Shown here piece by piece: positions 59,349 to 64,000 of a stretch of DNA of 64,000 nucleotides. Under the pieces are notes generated by a model. The model made no database searches. It saw only the letters and a program-made list of their open reading frames with translations, and was not told the DNA's origin. The stretch spans positions 172,595 through 236,594 of the forward strand of contig CAWJJC010000005.1 in the NCBI GenBank assembly GCA_963843145.1, in the 5' to 3' direction. The stretch is from an uncultured delta proteobacterium (lineage in GTDB: Bacteria > Desulfobacterota > RBG-13-43-22). Numbering within the stretch: the first letter of the stretch is position 1; the number at the start of each line of letters is the position of its first letter. The position numbers and the translations under genes were made by a program.

Positions 59349-59984
59349 CTATTTGGCGTCTGGTTGCTGTTCCGGTGCGGCGCGCGCGAACGCGGGCTCG
59401 CTGCGCAACCCGTCGGCGATGCGCTGGATCGTGGGATAGGGCGTGAGGTCGCAGTCGAACCGGCGCGCGTTGTAGACCTGCGGCACCAGGCACACGTCGA
59501 CCACCGACACCGCATCACCGAAGCAATACCGGCCGCCGCCGAAACGCCGGACGAGCGCTTCGAGGCTTGCGAACCCTTCGGCGAGCCAGTGTTTGTACCA
59601 ACGCGACTGAGCGGCGGCGTCGAGCTCGAGCTCGTCGCGCAAATAATTGCGAACCCGCAGGTTATTCAGCGGGTGCATCTCGCACACGATCAATTGGGCG
59701 AGCGCTTGCACGCGCGCCCGTGCTACCGGCTCCGTCGGAATCAAGCGCGGCAAAGGATATCGCGCATCGAGGTACTCAATGATTGCGAGCGATTGCCACA
59801 AGACGGTGCCGTCGTCGTCGATCACGGGCACTGTTGCCTGCGGGTTCGTTGCGAGGAACGCGGCCTCGCGATGTTCGCCTTGCGGCAGATTCACGGGCAC
59901 CGTCTCGTAGTCGACGCCTTTGAGGTTCAGCGCGATTCGAACGCGAAAGGCCGCCGAGCTCAAGAAGAAAGAATAGAGGCGCAT
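59349..59984 (-). CDS. maiA: Maleylacetoacetate isomerase (GST zeta)
   Basis: SSAAFRVRIALNLKG, QSLAIIEYLD, MHPLNNLRV, LVPQVYNARRF, PEQQPD. Confidence 0.93.
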   Translation of the reverse strand: MRLYSFFLSSAAFRVRIALNLKGVDYETVPVNLPQGEHREAAFLATNPQATVPVIDDDGTVLWQSLAIIEYLDARYPLPRLIPTEPVARARVQALAQLIVCEMHPLNNLRVRNYLRDELELDAAAQSRWYKHWLAEGFASLEALVRRFGGGRYCFGDAVSVVDVCLVPQVYNARRFDCDLTPYPTIQRIADGLRSEPAFARAAPEQQPDAK

Positions 59985-59987
59985 CGG

Positions 59988-60647
59988 TTAGTCCCGCGAC
60001 GCGATTGCACGCGCGGCTTCGAGCCGCTCGGGCGTTCCGACGTCGATCCACAATCCTTCGAAGCGAACCCCCAGCAGCTCGCCGCGCGCAATCGCCGCAT
60101 CGAGCACGGGCTTCAGCGGTCGGCGGCCGGGCGGGAGAGCGGCAAACAGCGTGGGGTCGAGCAACGCGATGCCTGCATACGTGTGGCTACGCGGCTCCGC
60201 CCGTACGCTGCCTCCCGAGTCGAGACCGAAGTCGCCGCGCGCGTTGTGCGCGGGATTCTGCACGAGCACGATGGTCGGGCTCGGCCGCGCGGCCAGCGTT
60301 GCGTAGTCGAAGTCAGTGAAGACGTCGGAATTCACGAGCAGAAACGCGCCGGCGCCGAGCAATGGCAGCGCGTGCACGATGCCGCCGGCCGTCTCGAGCG
60401 GCGGCTCGCCCTCTTCACTGTAGGCAATCGAAACGCCGAACCGGTCGCCATCCCCAAGGTGATCGCGGATTTGTGCTCCGCGGTAGGAAAGATTGATGAC
60501 GATTTCATTGATTCCGCACACCTTGAGACGGGCTACGTGGTGTTCGATGAGGGGCGCGCCACCGATTTTGAGCAGTGGCTTCGGCCAGTTCTCGGTCAAG
60601 GGGCCCATTCTTTCGCCCCGCCCTGCCGCAAGAATCATCGCTTTCAT
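59988..60647 (-). CDS. murU: N-acetylmuramate-1-phosphate uridylyltransferase-like nucleotidyltransferase
   Basis: MKAMILAAGRGERM..PKPLL, LETAGGI..ALPLLG, NPAHN..GDF, WIDVGTPERL. Confidence 0.88.
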   Translation of the reverse strand: MKAMILAAGRGERMGPLTENWPKPLLKIGGAPLIEHHVARLKVCGINEIVINLSYRGAQIRDHLGDGDRFGVSIAYSEEGEPPLETAGGIVHALPLLGAGAFLLVNSDVFTDFDYATLAARPSPTIVLVQNPAHNARGDFGLDSGGSVRAEPRSHTYAGIALLDPTLFAALPPGRRPLKPVLDAAIARGELLGVRFEGLWIDVGTPERLEAARAIASRD

Positions 60648-60808
60648 ACGGGTCGGCATTGTAGACGTCCCAGCACCCAAGGGCCTCCGGCTGCCGACCG
60701 GGACCGCCGCAGCGCCTTGGTTCTGTGAACCAGCGCGTAGCCGACTCCGATTAACATAAATATAAGGTGTGTCCGCGGCCGGCCTCTGTACCCGGCAAGT
60801 GAGGCTCC

Positions 60809-61973
60809 ATGCCCTCTCGATCTTGCTACTCGCGGCGCAACCCGCTGCGTCTTCTCACATTCTGCGCGCTCGTCGCGTTGGGCGCCTGGCGGCCGGTCGC
60901 GGCGCAAGAACAGCACGGCGACCACGCCACATCGGAGCCCGACGCCGCGAACGCACGTCAGGAGGTACTGGTGTTCGTGAGCGCCAGATACTCCGAGACT
61001 TCGGCGAGCGCCAAACAGACCTATCTCGACGACGACGATTTCACACCCAGCGCGGACCTGTTCTACACGCGCACCGGCGAGCGGTTTCGATTTTTAGCCG
61101 AGTATCTTCTGACCGATGACGAGCACGACCTCGAGCGGCTGCAGGTGGGCTGGCAACTCTCCGAAGCAACTCGTCTGTGGCTCGGCCGCTTTCACCAATC
61201 CGCCAGCTATTGGAACACGGAGCATCACCACGGCCAGTTTCTGCAGACCTCGATCTATCGGCCGGCTATCGAGGAGTTCGAGGACACGGGATCGCTGCTG
61301 CCTTCGCATACGACGCGGCATCCTGCTCGAGCACCAGAAAGAGTTTGGTAGCGGCGCCGGCCTGCAGGTCTCCTTCTCAATGGGGCTGACCGGCATACTC
61401 GAGGGAAACCCAGACCCGCAGATCGAGCCGTTCGACTTGCTCGAGGTGCAATCCGGGCATGGCAATAGCGTCTCGGTGCGGGTAGCGCTATTTCCCGAGG
61501 TGCTCGGCGAGAATCAAATCGGCTTCTCGTACGGCCGACACATGCTCAACCTCGCAAGCGACACGGTGCGTTCGCCGCAGTGGCAGGCGGGTGTCGACGG
61601 GATCGACCTGAATACGTTGGGGATGTATGGCGTCTGGAGTCATGCGCGCTGGCGGTTCCTCGGCGCGACCAACCGAATCGGATCGGAACCGCGCGGGGGC
61701 CTCGGCGGGCCGCAGACACACTTCGCCGCCTCGTATGGGCAAGCCGAATATCGCATGCAGGGCGCCTGGACCCTGTTCGGCCGCGTCGAACACACTGCCG
61801 GCAGCACGGACTACACGAGATTGTTCCCGCTACTTCTGCGCGATCAAGCGTTCGTCGGAGTGAAGGCGCTTTTGTCGCGCAAACATGCTCTGACGGTCGA
61901 GATCGGTAAGGCCGAAACTCAAGCAGAGCAGTTTCATCGGCTATCGGTCCAATGGAGCGCCGTCTTGCCATGA
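60809..61973 (+). CDS. Outer-membrane beta-barrel (porin-like) protein, one frameshift
   Basis: Signal peptide, DLERLQVGW, GRFH...YWNTEHHHGQFLQTSIYRP, amphipathic strands, C-terminal RLSVQWSAVLP. Removing one base near 61316 joins the two ORFs (..PSHTT|GILLE..). Confidence 0.8.
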
Positions 61974-62404
61974 CGCGGACGGCTCTCATCGCGTTGCTGG
62001 CGACTCTGTTCTGTGCTCCCGCGGGAGCACAGAACAGAGTCTTGCTGGTCGCCGACGAGGCGAGCCCGATCGAGACACTATCTTCGTTCGAGGTCCGCAA
62101 GCTGTACCTCGGCATCTCCGTATTCTCTAATGGTCATGCGATACGCGCACTGCGCAACATGACCGAGGCGCGCCTCAACGACACCTTTCTGCAATCCGTC
62201 GTAGGGCTGTCCGAGGAAGGCTATTCGCGACGCGTGCTCGCCAACGCGTTCAAGTTCGGCACGGCCCGGCCCGACGAGTATCGCAACGGCGAAAGACTCC
62301 GTCAGGCCCTACGCGGGAATCCGTATGCGGTGACGTACATCTGGGTCGACGGCGAGCTGCCGCCAGGACTCAAGGTGCTACGCGTCCTATGGCAAGACTA
62401 CTAA
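61970..62404 (+). CDS. Small periplasmic protein (phosphate-binding-protein-like fold by resemblance)
   Basis: Signal peptide ending AGA, LSSFEVRKLYLG, NPYAVTYI..LKVL; ATGA overlap with the porin. Confidence 0.75.
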   Translation: MTRTALIALLATLFCAPAGAQNRVLLVADEASPIETLSSFEVRKLYLGISVFSNGHAIRALRNMTEARLNDTFLQSVVGLSEEGYSRRVLANAFKFGTARPDEYRNGERLRQALRGNPYAVTYIWVDGELPPGLKVLRVLWQDY

Positions 62405-64000
62405 ACAGTCTGCTGGCCCGCCTGCTGATCGCAGCGCTTGCGATCCAGTTCTGCCTCGCACCCCTTCTCTATCTCGGCGTCGTACGAATCGTCGAGGCCA
62501 ACGAAACGAACTTGTTCGTCAATGACGTGCGGGCCTACAGCCGCTTTCTTGGGGATCTGCTGGAAATCGAGTTACGGCGCGCGAGCGACGAGGAACTCGT
62601 CAATTTGCTGGACAGCGTCGTACTGAGCCACGAAACCGTGTATGCAGAGGTACGCAGGCCGCACTCGTCGCTGCGCAGCTCACTGCTCGACGTAGAGCAA
62701 AAGCAATACAGCGAAGACTTCCGATTCGGCGAACGTGACGACCACACCTACTTCATATCGCTGCCTCTGAATGTTGCGTCGGGCGACAACGTATCGCTGC
62801 GTTTGGGTTTCGACGAGAGCCCCGTCGAGATTAGTCTGCAGGGAGCACGGAGCCGCCTGCTCTGGATCGTCGTTGGCTATATGGCATTGGCATTGCTGCT
62901 CGCAGTGGCTTTGTGGGCTTTATTGACCCGACCATTGCGCGCGCTGCAACGCGACTCGCGAGCCATTGCGTCGGGGCAGTACGACCTGCACTTCGGCACG
63001 ACCACCGGGCTCACGGAGATCCGGGAACTGGCCAACGACCTCGAAGACATGCGAGACAGGTTGGTTCAAGCCAACCGACTCCTGACAGCGGAGATCAACC
63101 AGCGCATGGCCGCGGAGACGGCCCGTGCCGGTCTCGAGAACAAGCTACGTCACGTCCACAAGGTCGAAATGATCGGCACCATGGCCGGCGGTATCGCGCA
63201 CGAATTCAATAACCTGCTCGTACCCATCACGATGTACACGGAGCTGGCGCTCGAAGATCTCTCCGCCGACGACGCCATTCGGAGCGATCTGAAACGCGTG
63301 CTTGCGGCTTCCCATCGAGCCAAGAACCTCGTTAAAAAGATCCTGATGTTTGGTCGACAATCGCCTCCGGAGCAATACGCAAAGGTCAACCTCGTGCCGA
63401 TCGTTTCGGACGCGTTGACGCTGGCCAGGAGCTTGTTTCCCGCGACGATTACGTTGACCGAGAACCTCGATCTTCGCGACGTACCCATCATCGGCGACGA
63501 GACACAACTGCATCAGCTCGTGATGAATCTCCTGACCAATGCCAGCCAGGCCATTGGGCCTAAAAGCGGCGGAATAAGTGTCGAGCTGCGGCAGTGTACC
63601 CTCGACATACACAACTGCCCCCCGCGCACCAACCTTGCCCCCGGCTCTTATGCGGTGCTCTCCGTGAGCGATACCGGGCACGGTATGAATGCGGCGACGA
63701 TGGCGAAGATATTCGAGCCGTTCTACACGACTCGCGCTCCCGGGGAGGGAACCGGACTCGGGCTTTCGATGGCTCACGGTATCGCCTCGAGCCACGGCGG
63801 CGACATCGCCGTCGAGAGCACGCTGGGGACTGGGAGCACCTTCTCGCTGTACCTGCCCGCCGTTCGCGACACGACCATTGAGCTCTCGACGCTGGGCTTG
63901 AGCAACGTGCTCTACGTTGCCGCGCCCGGCGCCGAGAACGAACACCGCGTCGCGGCCGCGGCACTCGGTGCTCGAACGCGGACGGTGACGACGCGTGACG
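62389..64000 (+). CDS. HAMP sensor histidine kinase (partial, runs off the window)
   Basis: Read manually, absent from the ORF track because it has no stop: MARLLNSLLARLL.., two TMs, HAMP (TRPLRAL..EIRELA), AGGIAHEFNNLL, QLVMNLLTNA, DTGHG, FEPFYTT..GTGLGL. Confidence 0.92.
   Translation, partial: MARLLNSLLARLLIAALAIQFCLAPLLYLGVVRIVEANETNLFVNDVRAYSRFLGDLLEIELRRASDEELVNLLDSVVLSHETVYAEVRRPHSSLRSSLLDVEQKQYSEDFRFGERDDHTYFISLPLNVASGDNVSLRLGFDESPVEISLQGARSRLLWIVVGYMALALLLAVALWALLTRPLRALQRDSRAIASGQYDLHFGTTTGLTEIRELANDLEDMRDRLVQANRLLTAEINQRMAAETARAGLENKLRHVHKVEMIGTMAGGIAHEFNNLLVPITMYTELALEDLSADDAIRSDLKRVLAASHRAKNLVKKILMFGRQSPPEQYAKVNLVPIVSDALTLARSLFPATITLTENLDLRDVPIIGDETQLHQLVMNLLTNASQAIGPKSGGISVELRQCTLDIHNCPPRTNLAPGSYAVLSVSDTGHGMNAATMAKIFEPFYTTRAPGEGTGLGLSMAHGIASSHGGDIAVESTLGTGSTFSLYLPAVRDTTIELSTLGLSNVLYVAAPGAENEHRVAAAALGARTRTVTTRD

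Noticed and set aside
44104-60728. Long antisense ORFs (e.g. 45333-47117, 44104-45261, 59364-60728, 52832-54181)
   Set aside because: Shadow frames of well-supported genes in high-GC DNA, with Arg/Ala-rich composition and no motifs.
1-64000. CRISPR array, prophage, retron/DGR or integron
   Set aside because: No regularly spaced repeat-spacer units, and no cas, RT, integrase or phage structural motifs seen.
41460-64000. Genomic island inserted in the left-hand genome
   Set aside because: No mobility genes or att ends, both flanking genes are truncated, and the content includes housekeeping-type genes; a chimera is simpler.

Overview
The window looks like two unrelated genomes joined at about 41,457-41,462. 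The left part (1-41.46 kb, moderate GC) has Desulfobacterota/deltaproteobacterial-style gene content. It holds a Cache-sensor/NarL two-component pair upstream of a carboxylate uptake and activation operon (PaaK-like ligase, acyl-CoA dehydrogenase, LIV-type ABC transporter, acyl-CoA synthetase). It also holds a type IV pilus locus: PilB with an MshEN motif, PilC, two intact pilins behind a sigma-54 promoter, and a third, deletion-riddled pilin copy. The rest of the left part is a ROK kinase, iorAB, hisD, lepB, pyrB-pyrC-PilR-like regulator behind a putative attenuator, a divergent TatC, two tRNA-Ser, bamD-trxB-trxA, purM-rpmB, relA-proS-ispG and many small intergenic repeats. The right part (41.46-64 kb, clearly higher GC, proteobacterial, probably gammaproteobacterial) holds vWA/GATase-like and DUF4159 genes, a TPP enzyme, a Tat-exported MBL-fold hydrolase and a frameshifted TonB-dependent receptor. 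It continues with a Ser/Thr kinase-ATPase-GAF-histidine kinase paired with a REC-GGDEF-EAL protein, maiA, murU, and a coupled porin-like/periplasmic protein/HAMP histidine kinase operon that runs off the end. Several genes carry single-base indels typical of long-read consensus error. No CRISPR array, rRNA, integrase, phage gene or reverse transcriptase was seen. The best candidates for something new are the porin-periplasmic protein-kinase module, the TatC lacking its twin-arginine-binding residues, the pilin locus and its regulatory wiring, and the ~180-bp inverted repeat pair bracketing three catabolic genes. All calls come from reading motifs by eye; no database search was run.
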